Source of the DNA: an uncultured Trueperaceae bacterium
GTDB taxonomy: Bacteria > Deinococcota > Deinococci > Deinococcales > Trueperaceae
DNA: 64,000 nucleotides
Assembly (NCBI GenBank): GCA_963727505.1
Contig: CAVSGP010000009.1
Location: forward strand, 128,001 to 192,000
Direction of reading: 5' to 3'
Part shown: piece after piece, positions 45,601-53,586 of the stretch
Layout of the letters: each line of letters begins with the position of its first letter
Position numbering within the stretch: the first letter of the stretch is position 1
Program-made: the position numbers and the translations under genes
Notes under the pieces: generated by a model
What the model was told of the DNA's origin: nothing
Database searches by the model: none
What the model saw: the letters and a program-made list of their open reading frames with translations, nothing else

Positions 45601-46416
45601 TCAGCCGGGTGCGGGCTCGAGCGCATCGAGGACGACACGTTCGGCGGGCCCCATGGGGCCGCCCAGGACGCGAGCGGTGTGCAGGTAGGTGTCGACGTCA
45701 CCGGTGACCAGATGACGGATGGCGCCCTCGACGCCGGCCGGGGCCGCCAGGCCGGTACGGCGCAGGTCGCGCGCCACCACGGCGGCGGTCGACTCGGCCG
45801 AGTCGACCAGCGTCACGCCCTCCCCGAGCACCGCCTGCAGCGTTGCCCGGAGAGCGGGGTAGTGGGTGCAGCCGAGGATGACGGTGTCGACGGCGGGTCG
45901 CGAGGCAAGGTAGTGCTCCGCGACGAGCGTCGCGATGGCGGAGTCGGAGATGCCCTCCTCGACGATCGGGACGAACAGCGGACAGGCCTTGCCCCAGGTG
46001 GAAATGCCCGCCGCTTCCAGGCGGTCCTGATAGACGCGGGTGTCGATGGTGCCCACGGTGCCGAGCACGCCGACATGCCCGGAGCGCGTAGCCGCCAGGG
46101 CGGCCTCGACCCCGGGGTCGACCACGCCCCATACGGGAACCGGCAGCTCGTCGGCGAGCTGCGGCAGGCTGGCTGCCGAGGCGGTGTTACAGGCCACCAC
46201 GATGCCCTTCACGCCGCGGCGGAGGAGCTCGCGGCTGATCTGACGGGCGAAGCCGCGCACCATGTCGAGCGGTTTCGATCCGTAGGGGACGCGGGCGGTG
46301 TCGCCGAGATAGAGAAGTGACTCGTTCGGGAGCGCCCGTTGCAGGGCGCTCAGGACCGTCAGCCCACCGACCCCGGAATCGAAGACGCCGAGGGGCTGCT
46401 TGGCGAGGTCCGGCAC
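45601..46416 (-). CDS. murI: Glutamate racemase
   Basis: FDSGVGGLTV, PYG, ACNTAS, LGCTHYP. Confidence 0.97.
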   Translation of the reverse strand: MPDLAKQPLGVFDSGVGGLTVLSALQRALPNESLLYLGDTARVPYGSKPLDMVRGFARQISRELLRRGVKGIVVACNTASAASLPQLADELPVPVWGVVDPGVEAALAATRSGHVGVLGTVGTIDTRVYQDRLEAAGISTWGKACPLFVPIVEEGISDSAIATLVAEHYLASRPAVDTVILGCTHYPALRATLQAVLGEGVTLVDSAESTAAVVARDLRRTGLAAPAGVEGAIRHLVTGDVDTYLHTARVLGGPMGPAERVVLDALEPAPG

Positions 46417-46492
46417 GCGCGTAGTTTACCATCCGCGTTCCCGTTGGGACGTGGACAATCCCGCGTGGTCGACGCCCCAGGGGCCGCGGGCC

Positions 46493-46711
46493 TCACGGCA
46501 GCATCTCGACGTAGTAGGCGGAGCCGGAGGGGAAGACGCGGGTGCCGCCACGACCCCGCTGGCGCAGGAAGAGGAAGGTGCGGGCGCACTGCACGTTGGT
46601 GAAAGGCCCGACGATGCAGCCCCGCTCACCGCTCCAGGCGGCCGGAGGAACGGCGGCGGCGGCGTGAACACCGCGTTCATCGCGTATCCAGACACGCTCG
46701 TGTGGACCCAT
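46493..46711 (-). CDS. Small hypothetical protein (72 aa)
   Basis: AGAGGAG RBS before MGPHERVWIRD; non-repetitive globular-looking sequence. Confidence 0.6.
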   Translation of the reverse strand: MGPHERVWIRDERGVHAAAAVPPAAWSGERGCIVGPFTNVQCARTFLFLRQRGRGGTRVFPSGSAYYVEMLP

Positions 46712-46837
46712 GAGGACGGCTCCTCTCTTGCGCCGGTTTCGGCGCTCGTTTCGACACAGCCAGCCTAGCCGGGCGGCGTGAGACCAGCCTAGGACGTGCA
46801 TGACGAGGGTGAGACCGACGGTGTCGCTCGTGACTAG

Positions 46838-46854
46838 ATACCCACCAGGGGTAT
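46838..46854. promoter_or_regulatory. CsoR/RcnR-family operator-like palindrome
   Basis: ATACCC-accag-GGGTAT in the divergent intergenic region. Confidence 0.65.
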
Positions 46855-46898
46855 GTGATAGCGTGGTCCTGGTTAGTTTGGATGGAAGGGAGCCACGT

Positions 46899-47585
46899 AT
46901 GGCTTTTCTCGATGAAGATATCCGGAGTCAGGTCCGGGACGCACTGAGCGGCCTCCAGAACGACGTGGAGATGATCGTCTACAAGGGCGGTCAAGTCGTC
47001 GTGCCCGGGCAGGACCCGGTGGGAGAACAGGAAGCGACGGTCCAGCTCCTCAACGAGGTCGCGGAGCTCAACGAGCACGTCGAGGTGATCGAGCGCAACC
47101 TTGGCGCGGACGACGAGGCCAAGGCACTCGGCATCACGCGGGCGCCGACCACGTTGTTCCGGCGCAAGGGGACGACGCGCAGCAACATGCGCTTCCTGGG
47201 GATTCCCAGCGGCTACGAGTTCACCACCCTGCTCGAGACCCTGCTGATGCTGGGCGGCGGTGAGCTCGAGCTCACTCCCACACTGGAGAGCGTCAAGGAG
47301 ATCGGCGACGACATCAACCTGCAGACCTTCGTGACGCCGACCTGCCCCTACTGCCCGCGGGCGGTCCTCACCGCCTTCCGGTTCGCCCTGGTGAACGACC
47401 GCATCGTCGCCGAGGGCATCGAGGCGAACGAGTTCCCCACCCTGTCGCAGCAACATCGCATCTCGGGCGTGCCCGACACCATCGTCACGGGGGCCAACGC
47501 CACCCGCGTGCTGGGAGCGCAGCCCGAGCATGCCTTCGCCGAAGCTCTCAAGCAAGTGAGCCAGGGGGCCACCGCTCAGGCTTGA
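46899..47585 (+). CDS. Two-domain thioredoxin-fold protein disulfide oxidoreductase (PDO/AhpF-NTD-like)
   Basis: RFLGIPSGYEF, FVTPTCPYCPRAV, GVP, GAQPE; only the C-terminal CxxC is retained. Confidence 0.9.
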   Translation: MAFLDEDIRSQVRDALSGLQNDVEMIVYKGGQVVVPGQDPVGEQEATVQLLNEVAELNEHVEVIERNLGADDEAKALGITRAPTTLFRRKGTTRSNMRFLGIPSGYEFTTLLETLLMLGGGELELTPTLESVKEIGDDINLQTFVTPTCPYCPRAVLTAFRFALVNDRIVAEGIEANEFPTLSQQHRISGVPDTIVTGANATRVLGAQPEHAFAEALKQVSQGATAQA

Positions 47586-48014
47586 ACGAACGCCACCGAC
47601 GGCGACGCCGAGAGGATCCTTCCTCGAGGCACGCGCCCCCGGACACGCGCCCCCGGACCATGGTCCGGGGGCGCGTGCTGCGTGAAGCGGGATGCGGTGG
47701 TGTTGGGGGCGCTGTGTTGGGAGGGGAGGAGTGTGCCGGAATCTTGGGGGGCGATTCCGGCACCGTTCGAACGTATCCGAGACGTGGCCCCGGGAGAAGG
47801 CCCGTTTCTCGGATATCGGGAGCTGGTGCGTCGATCGGGGGAGGGGGCGTCGTGGCGGCTCGGTCTTCGACCAGGCGGTCATGAACGCCGTTCGGCAGCT
47901 CCACGACGAGACGCCGCCCCGCGGACAGGGCTCGTGGACGCCTCTGTTCGGGGCGCGGTGTCCGCGCAGCGTACGTAGTGCCGTGTTCGTGGCGCCGCCC
48001 GGCGGCGGAACAGT

Positions 48015-48107
48015 TGGCGGAGAGGGCGGGATTCGAACCCGCGAGGCAGGGAATGCCCACCTACACGCTTTCCAGGCGTGCTCCTTCAACCACTCGGACA
48101 CCTCTCC
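48015..48107 (-). tRNA. tRNA-Ser(GGA)
   Basis: GGAGAGGTGTCCGAGTGGTTGAAGGAGCACGCCT-GGA-AAGCGTGT, long variable arm, GGTTCGAATCCC, CTCTCCGCCA. Confidence 0.97.
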
Positions 48108-48244
48108 GTCCCGTCGGTGGCATCGCCGAGTCTATCAGGCGCCACCGGGGCGGTCAACGAAGGTCCCGTCCCGGAAGGGTGCGCAACACGACATCGTCCG
48201 GCCGACCGGGGCACCTACAATCAGGGTGCGCAGGAGGAGTGAGC

Positions 48245-48898
48245 ATGCTGAATGATCGAGTCGTACTACTCACCAGTGAAGAGGCCGTGGAAGCCTTCCT
48301 CGGCCGCTTCCCGTCGAGCGTCATCTTCAAGGCAGGGACCTGTCACAAGACCATGCAGGGCTTCGGCCATCTCGAGGACCGGTTGGCCGGTCGCGAGGAC
48401 CTGATGTGCGGCGTCATCCGGGTGGTGGAGGCGCGCCCCGCCAGCAATCTGGTGGCGGAGAAGACGGGCCTCCGGCACGAGTCGCCGCAGGTCATCGTGT
48501 TCAAGGACGGCGCCCCCGTGTTCGAGGCCAACAACTGGGGCATCACGCCGGAAGCCCTGGCCGAGGGTTTCGAGCGCGTACCCGAGGGAGCGGCCGTCAC
48601 AGCCGAGTCCGGCAGCGCCGGCACCAGTTTGAAGCCCTACCTCGACGTGCTGGAGCAGTACCTGACCGGCGTCATCGACGAGCGTCAGTTCGAGGCGATG
48701 TACACGCAGATGTTCCGTGACGACGACGCCCTGCGCTCGAGCGCGGAGGTGGAGGCACTCAACAGCATCTTCGGCGACGTCGACCAGCACATGAACATGC
48801 ACCTGATGATGGCCGGCAAGGCGGACAACGCCAAGCTGCGGATGAGGGCGCAGGGAGCGTACGACCAGCTCCGGGAGCTGGCGCAGGCTCCTGCCTGA
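48245..48898 (+). CDS. Monothiol bacilliredoxin BrxC/YtxJ family with C-terminal helical domain (AbxC-like)
   Basis: FKAGTCHKT, RPASNLVA..G.RHESPQ; extra four-helix C-terminal domain. Confidence 0.88.
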   Translation: MLNDRVVLLTSEEAVEAFLGRFPSSVIFKAGTCHKTMQGFGHLEDRLAGREDLMCGVIRVVEARPASNLVAEKTGLRHESPQVIVFKDGAPVFEANNWGITPEALAEGFERVPEGAAVTAESGSAGTSLKPYLDVLEQYLTGVIDERQFEAMYTQMFRDDDALRSSAEVEALNSIFGDVDQHMNMHLMMAGKADNAKLRMRAQGAYDQLRELAQAPA

Positions 48899-48970
48899 CG
48901 TCGTCGACGCCCGCGACAACGAATACGCACTTCGACGGTTCCGGCCGTGCCCACGGGCACGGCCGGAACG

Positions 48971-49867
48971 TTAGGATCCGGGCGGCGGGCGCAGGCCGGG
49001 CAGCTCGCCCCGCAGCGCTTGCAGGTAGCGGCGCCGGCCCTGTTCTACTGCTTCGCGGGCGCCCTGCGCCACGCACCCGCCTTCGAACGCCCCGTAGATC
49101 CGGTCGAAGGCTAGGGGCAAGACCGCGTCGGCTACGGCATCTACCTCCCAGGCGGGGAGCGGAAGGTAGTTCGGGAACGAGTACATGAAGCCCACCACGC
49201 CCCGATCCGGGGTGACCTGCAAGATGTCGCCGGACAGCACCACTCCGGCGCCACCGGCTCCGGCCGCCCAGTGCAGGACGGTGCCGCCCGGGAAGTGCCC
49301 GCCGGCGCGCACCAGCGTGACCCCCTCGAGCAGGTGCTGCCGGTCGCCCTCCCAGTGCCGTAGACGCGCGTGCGGGTCGACCACCCACTCGCTGTCGGCT
49401 CCGTGGAGGTAGACGGGTGCGTCGAAGGCCTCGGCCCAGAGGCGCTGGGAGCCGTAGTAGTGGGGGTGGCTGATGGCGATGGCGTCGATGCCGCCGAGGG
49501 CGCGCACCGCCTCGACGGTGCTGCGGTCGAGGAGGGTGATGCAGTCCCACAGCACGTTCCCTGCGGGCGTCTGCACCAGCAGCGCGCGCTGACCGATGCC
49601 TACGCGGGGTCCGCTGTGGATCGCGTAGAGGCCGGGCTCGAGGCGATCGACGGCGTTGCGGTGACGCGAAGCCAGTTCCACCTGCGTCGTCCAGCGCTGG
49701 CCCGCCTCGGGCACGTACTGGCGAACGTCCTGGCAGACGGGGCAGGCGCCCGGCGGCGCTTCCCCCGCCGGGAAGAGGGTGCCGCAGGTAGCGCAGATGA
49801 AGGCGGTGCTGCCGCTCACGAGCGAGGACTCCTGGGACCGGGCATGCGGGACCTCCTCATGCCTCAT
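48971..49867 (-). CDS. MBL-fold metallo-hydrolase with N-terminal CxxC..CxxC
   Basis: ICATCG..CPVCQD.RQY, GNVLWDC, SHPHYY, GGHFPG, SGD; ATGA-coupled to upstream gene, start uncertain. Confidence 0.85.
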   Translation of the reverse strand: MRHEEVPHARSQESSLVSGSTAFICATCGTLFPAGEAPPGACPVCQDVRQYVPEAGQRWTTQVELASRHRNAVDRLEPGLYAIHSGPRVGIGQRALLVQTPAGNVLWDCITLLDRSTVEAVRALGGIDAIAISHPHYYGSQRLWAEAFDAPVYLHGADSEWVVDPHARLRHWEGDRQHLLEGVTLVRAGGHFPGGTVLHWAAGAGGAGVVLSGDILQVTPDRGVVGFMYSFPNYLPLPAWEVDAVADAVLPLAFDRIYGAFEGGCVAQGAREAVEQGRRRYLQALRGELPGLRPPPGS

Positions 49868-50940
49868 TGTGCTGCTTCGGCGCCCCGGTCGGGCAGCAGC
49901 AGGTGCACGTCCCCGAACTCGTGCCACAGGTAGCCGGCCCCTAGCGCCACGCGGTAGGCCTCCGCCACCAGTGCCTCGCCCGCGAGGGCGGTGAGCAGCG
50001 CCAGGTGGGTGCTCCGCGGTTCGTGGAAGCCGGTGAGGAGGCCGTCGACGGCGCCCCGGACTGCGCCCGGGCGCACGTAACGTCGGGTGAAGCCGCTCGC
50101 AGCGCGTACGCGGCCCTGTCGGAAAGCTGTCTCCAACGCACGCACGACGGTGGTACCCACCGCGATCACGCGCCCGCCGATCTCGCGGGCGGCCTCGATG
50201 CGCTCGGCGGTCGCTGCGTCGACCTCGAAGGGCTCGGCGTACAGCCCCGCCGGATCGACCTGCTCGGGCTCGATCTCGATACTGCTCACCCCGGTGTGGA
50301 GCGTGAGCGTGGCGACGCCCACGCCGCGCGCTTCCAGGGCGGCGAGCGTGGCGCGGGAGAAGGGGCGCGCCGCCGACGGCATCTCCGCGCTGCCCGGTAC
50401 GCGGGCGAAGACGGTCTGGTAGGCGGCGAGCGGCTGGGGCCGGTCGAGGTAGGCGTAGCGGATGGGGACGCCGTCCGCGGCCAGAGTGGGTTCCAGGGGT
50501 GCATCGACGGCCACGAACCAGAGACGGGGCGACCCCGGGTAAGGAACGACGAAACGCGCCCGGACCGGGCGGCGGCTGCCGATCGTGGCCAGGTCGCCGG
50601 GATCGAGTGCCAGCGGACCTGGCGCGTCGTGGCTGCGTCGCGGCTCGGCCAGCCACAGCCGCGGGCCGTAGCGGGTCGACAGGTTCAGGCGGAAGGTTCC
50701 GAGCCGCGCCTCGGCCGGCAGGCTGGCGGCGAGCGTGGCGCTGTCGTTGACCACCAGCAGGTCTCCGGGAGCCAACGCGCGGGGAAGGTCGGTGAAGTGC
50801 AGGCCGCGGTGACCGCGTCCGCTCGACACCAGCAGGCGTACGTCGTCGCGGCCCGCGCCGCGGAGTTCCGCCGGGAGCGCTGCGTGAGGCAGCACCGTCC
50901 GTGGAGCGAAGGTGGCGGCGCTCGGCGGGGCGCTAGGCAC
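49864..50940 (-). CDS. Divergent QueA-family (SAM:tRNA ribosyltransferase-isomerase-like) protein
   Basis: RD..RLLV, GDLLVVND, YQTVFA, TLHTG, VIAVGTTVVRALE, FH.P, FGD; several canonical motifs altered. Confidence 0.85.
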   Translation of the reverse strand: MPSAPPSAATFAPRTVLPHAALPAELRGAGRDDVRLLVSSGRGHRGLHFTDLPRALAPGDLLVVNDSATLAASLPAEARLGTFRLNLSTRYGPRLWLAEPRRSHDAPGPLALDPGDLATIGSRRPVRARFVVPYPGSPRLWFVAVDAPLEPTLAADGVPIRYAYLDRPQPLAAYQTVFARVPGSAEMPSAARPFSRATLAALEARGVGVATLTLHTGVSSIEIEPEQVDPAGLYAEPFEVDAATAERIEAAREIGGRVIAVGTTVVRALETAFRQGRVRAASGFTRRYVRPGAVRGAVDGLLTGFHEPRSTHLALLTALAGEALVAEAYRVALGAGYLWHEFGDVHLLLPDRGAEAAQ

Positions 50941-51679
50941 GTCTGGTCCCGACTTCGGCCAGCGTCCAGGCATCGGCCTGAGCCTCGAAGCGGCGGCCGT
51001 CGACGTCCTCGCGGCGCTGGCCGAGAAGCCACGCCCAGAAGGGGAGGGTCACCTCCGGCGCCGGCCGGTCGCCGATGTCCTGGCCGGGGAAGGCCCGCTG
51101 GTGCATGGCCGTGCGCATGTCTCCGGGATCCACGCACACCACGCTCACGCCGGAGAGCTCGGCCGCCAGCGTCCTGGCCATCAGCTCGAGCGCAGCCTTG
51201 CTGGCGCCATAGACGCCCCAGCCGGGATAGGCGCCTTGGGCCGCGTCGGAGCTGACGGCCACCACCGTTCCGGCGGCGCGCTCCAGCGCCGGTAGCAGCG
51301 CCTGGGTCAGGGCGAGTGGCGCAACCACGTTGGTCTCGATCACGCTACGGACGTCCCCGAGGTCGACCTCGGCCAGGGCCGGCAACGGACTCGGCCCGAG
51401 CTCGGAGGCGTTGTGCACGAGCAGGTCCAGGCGCTCGCCGGCGAGCCCGGCCAGCCGCGCGCGGTGGCCGGGCTCGGTGACGTCGCCGGCCAGCGCCTGG
51501 ACCTCCCCTGCGCCGCGGACCTCCGCCACGGAGCGCTCGAGCGTCTCGGCCTCGCGCGCCGTGACCACGAGGTCGTAGCCGAGTCCGGCCAGGAAGTGAG
51601 CGAGGGTCAGGCCCAGCCCGCGACTGGCACCGGTGATCAGCGCGCGGGGCCGCGTCCCTCCGAGTCCGGCGCTGCTCAT
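50933..51679 (-). CDS. SDR family oxidoreductase
   Basis: TGASRGLG, HNAS, VSS, YGASK, DPGDMRT. Confidence 0.92.
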   Translation of the reverse strand: MSSAGLGGTRPRALITGASRGLGLTLAHFLAGLGYDLVVTAREAETLERSVAEVRGAGEVQALAGDVTEPGHRARLAGLAGERLDLLVHNASELGPSPLPALAEVDLGDVRSVIETNVVAPLALTQALLPALERAAGTVVAVSSDAAQGAYPGWGVYGASKAALELMARTLAAELSGVSVVCVDPGDMRTAMHQRAFPGQDIGDRPAPEVTLPFWAWLLGQRREDVDGRRFEAQADAWTLAEVGTRRA

Positions 51680-51984
51680 GCGCAGCTCGAGCAGGGGACG
51701 CCCTGCGTCGTCGAGCGGTGCGTGCCCAACCTCGGATGCGGGCGGGGGCCGCTGGTCCCGTTCTCGGTCGCCGGCCGCGAGCGACCGGTGACGCTGGTGC
51801 GGCGTGCCGCCTGCCGTAGGCGGCGCAGGGTGGCGGCGAGCCAGCGCACTCCCCGCCCTGCACGCGCACTGCGACCGGCGGCACGCGCCTGCCGCAGCTG
51901 GCTGAGCTGGCGGGCCTCGCGGTCGCGGTCGTGTTGCAGGGAGCGGAAGAGCGTCTCGGTCGATGGGGCGTGTTCCAGGGGCAT
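51676..51984 (-). CDS. Small Arg-rich hypothetical protein
   Basis: GGAGGT RBS; ATGA overlap with SDR gene; C-terminal CSSC. Confidence 0.6.
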   Translation of the reverse strand: MPLEHAPSTETLFRSLQHDRDREARQLSQLRQARAAGRSARAGRGVRWLAATLRRLRQAARRTSVTGRSRPATENGTSGPRPHPRLGTHRSTTQGVPCSSCA

Positions 51985-52056
51985 GGTTGCACCTCCGATG
52001 AGGAAGTATCGTAGACGCGCCGGGAACGGCGCCTCGGCGGAGCGTCGCAGGGTCGC

Positions 52057-52074
52057 CTGCGACCAAGGTCGCAG
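52057..52074. promoter_or_regulatory. NarL-type inverted repeat operator
   Basis: CTGCGACC-AA-GGTCGCAG with an adjacent extra GCGACC half-site; minus-strand -10 TACGAT at 52008-52013. Confidence 0.65.
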
Positions 52075-52101
52075 ACCGCTCGCGCGAGGGAGGGGACGGA
52101 C

Positions 52102-52968
52102 ATGGATCGCTTGCAGGGACGGGTCGCGGTGGTCACGGGCAGCACACGCGGGCTCGGGTTCGCGATCGCGAGGGCGTTCGTGCGCGAGGGCGCCCACGTG
52201 GTGGTGAGCTCGCGCAGCGCGAAGGCCGTCGACGACGCCGTCGCCACGCTGGGCCCCGACCTGGTCGAGGGCGTGGTGGCCGACGTGACGTGCAAGCGGG
52301 ACCACGAGGCGCTGCTGGCCACGGCGCTCGAGCGCTTCGGGCGGCTGGACGTGTGGGTCAACAACGCTGGTGTCTCCGGCATCTACGGTCCGACGCCGGC
52401 CATCCTCGACGACGATTTCCTGCGCGTGCTCGACACCAATGTCCGCGGCGTGTACTTCGGCTCGATGGTGGCGAGCCGCCACTTCCTGGCCGGCGACGGT
52501 GGCAAGCTCATCAACATCCTCGGTAGGGGCGAGCGCGGCCCGGTCCCCAACCAGAACGCGTACGCATCCTCCAAGATCTGGGTGCGGTCGTTCACGCTGG
52601 CGCTCGCTCGTGAGACGCGCGGGCACGGCATCGGCGTGTTCGCCTTCAACCCCGGCCTCATGCTCACCGACCTGGTGGGGGAGGTGCGCGCGGTGCGCGG
52701 CTTCGAGACCAGGATGCGACCGTTCGCGACCGTCCTGCGGTTGTGGGGCGAGGATCCGGCGGTGCCCGCGGAGACCGTCGTCGATCTGGCGTCCACCGCG
52801 ACCGACGGCAAGACCGGCCTCACGCGTAGCATGCTGACCCCGTGGCGGATGCTGGCCGGCGTGGTCCGCGATCTGGTCCGGCGGTTGCGTCGCGAGCCCC
52901 CTCCCGCCATCACGCTGCAGGTAGAGAGCGCCGATCCGGTCGTCCCCATGGACCCCGCCGGGCGCTGA
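52102..52968 (+). CDS. SDR family oxidoreductase
   Basis: TGSTRGLG, WVNNAG, YASSK, NPG. Confidence 0.92.
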   Translation: MDRLQGRVAVVTGSTRGLGFAIARAFVREGAHVVVSSRSAKAVDDAVATLGPDLVEGVVADVTCKRDHEALLATALERFGRLDVWVNNAGVSGIYGPTPAILDDDFLRVLDTNVRGVYFGSMVASRHFLAGDGGKLINILGRGERGPVPNQNAYASSKIWVRSFTLALARETRGHGIGVFAFNPGLMLTDLVGEVRAVRGFETRMRPFATVLRLWGEDPAVPAETVVDLASTATDGKTGLTRSMLTPWRMLAGVVRDLVRRLRREPPPAITLQVESADPVVPMDPAGR

Positions 52969-52980
52969 AGCCGCCGCGAT

Positions 52981-53586
52981 CTACAGCCCGTGCTCCTTGG
53001 CGATGAGCACCGCCTGGAGCCGATCGTCCACCCCTAGCTTGGCGAAGACGTGGCCCGCGTGCGTCTTGACGGTCTTCTCGCTGATGGCGAGCTGCGCCGC
53101 GATCCGCTTGTTCGCCATACCCTGTGCCATCAACGTCAGCACTTCGCGCTCGCGTGGCGTCAGATCGCCGAGCGGATCGACGACGGGCACCGCCAGAGCC
53201 CGCACGGCGTCGGGGTCGAGCGGCACCTCGCCCCGCAGCGCCGCGCGAAGCTTGTCGAGCAGGGCGCTCGGCCCCGCGTGCTTGAGCAGGTAGCCGGAAG
53301 CGCCCTGGCGCATCGCCTGGCGCACCTTGGCCTCGTCCAGGAAGCTCGTGAGCACGAGCACGCGAGCTTGCTGTGCGAGCTCGTCGATGAGCGTCAGACC
53401 GCTGCCGTCGGGGAGTTGAAGGTCGAGCAGGACGAGCTCGGGGACTCGTTCACGGACGCGTTCGCGCGCCTCGGCCAGCGAGCCGGCCTCGCCGACCACC
53501 TCGAAATCCTCCTGGAGGTCGAGGAAGGCGCGGAGGCCCGCTCGCACCACGGGGTGGTCGTCGACGATCAGGACGCGTGTTGCCAT
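52981..53586 (-). CDS. NarL/LuxR family response regulator
   Basis: VDDHPVVRAG, LLDLQLP, LTPREREVL, NKRIA..L.ISEKTVKTH. Confidence 0.95.
   Translation of the reverse strand: MATRVLIVDDHPVVRAGLRAFLDLQEDFEVVGEAGSLAEARERVRERVPELVLLDLQLPDGSGLTLIDELAQQARVLVLTSFLDEAKVRQAMRQGASGYLLKHAGPSALLDKLRAALRGEVPLDPDAVRALAVPVVDPLGDLTPREREVLTLMAQGMANKRIAAQLAISEKTVKTHAGHVFAKLGVDDRLQAVLIAKEHGL

Noticed and set aside
47586..48107. Integrated element at the tRNA-Ser 3' end
   Set aside because: No integrase, no duplicated tRNA 3' end (att site) seen, and no compositional shift.
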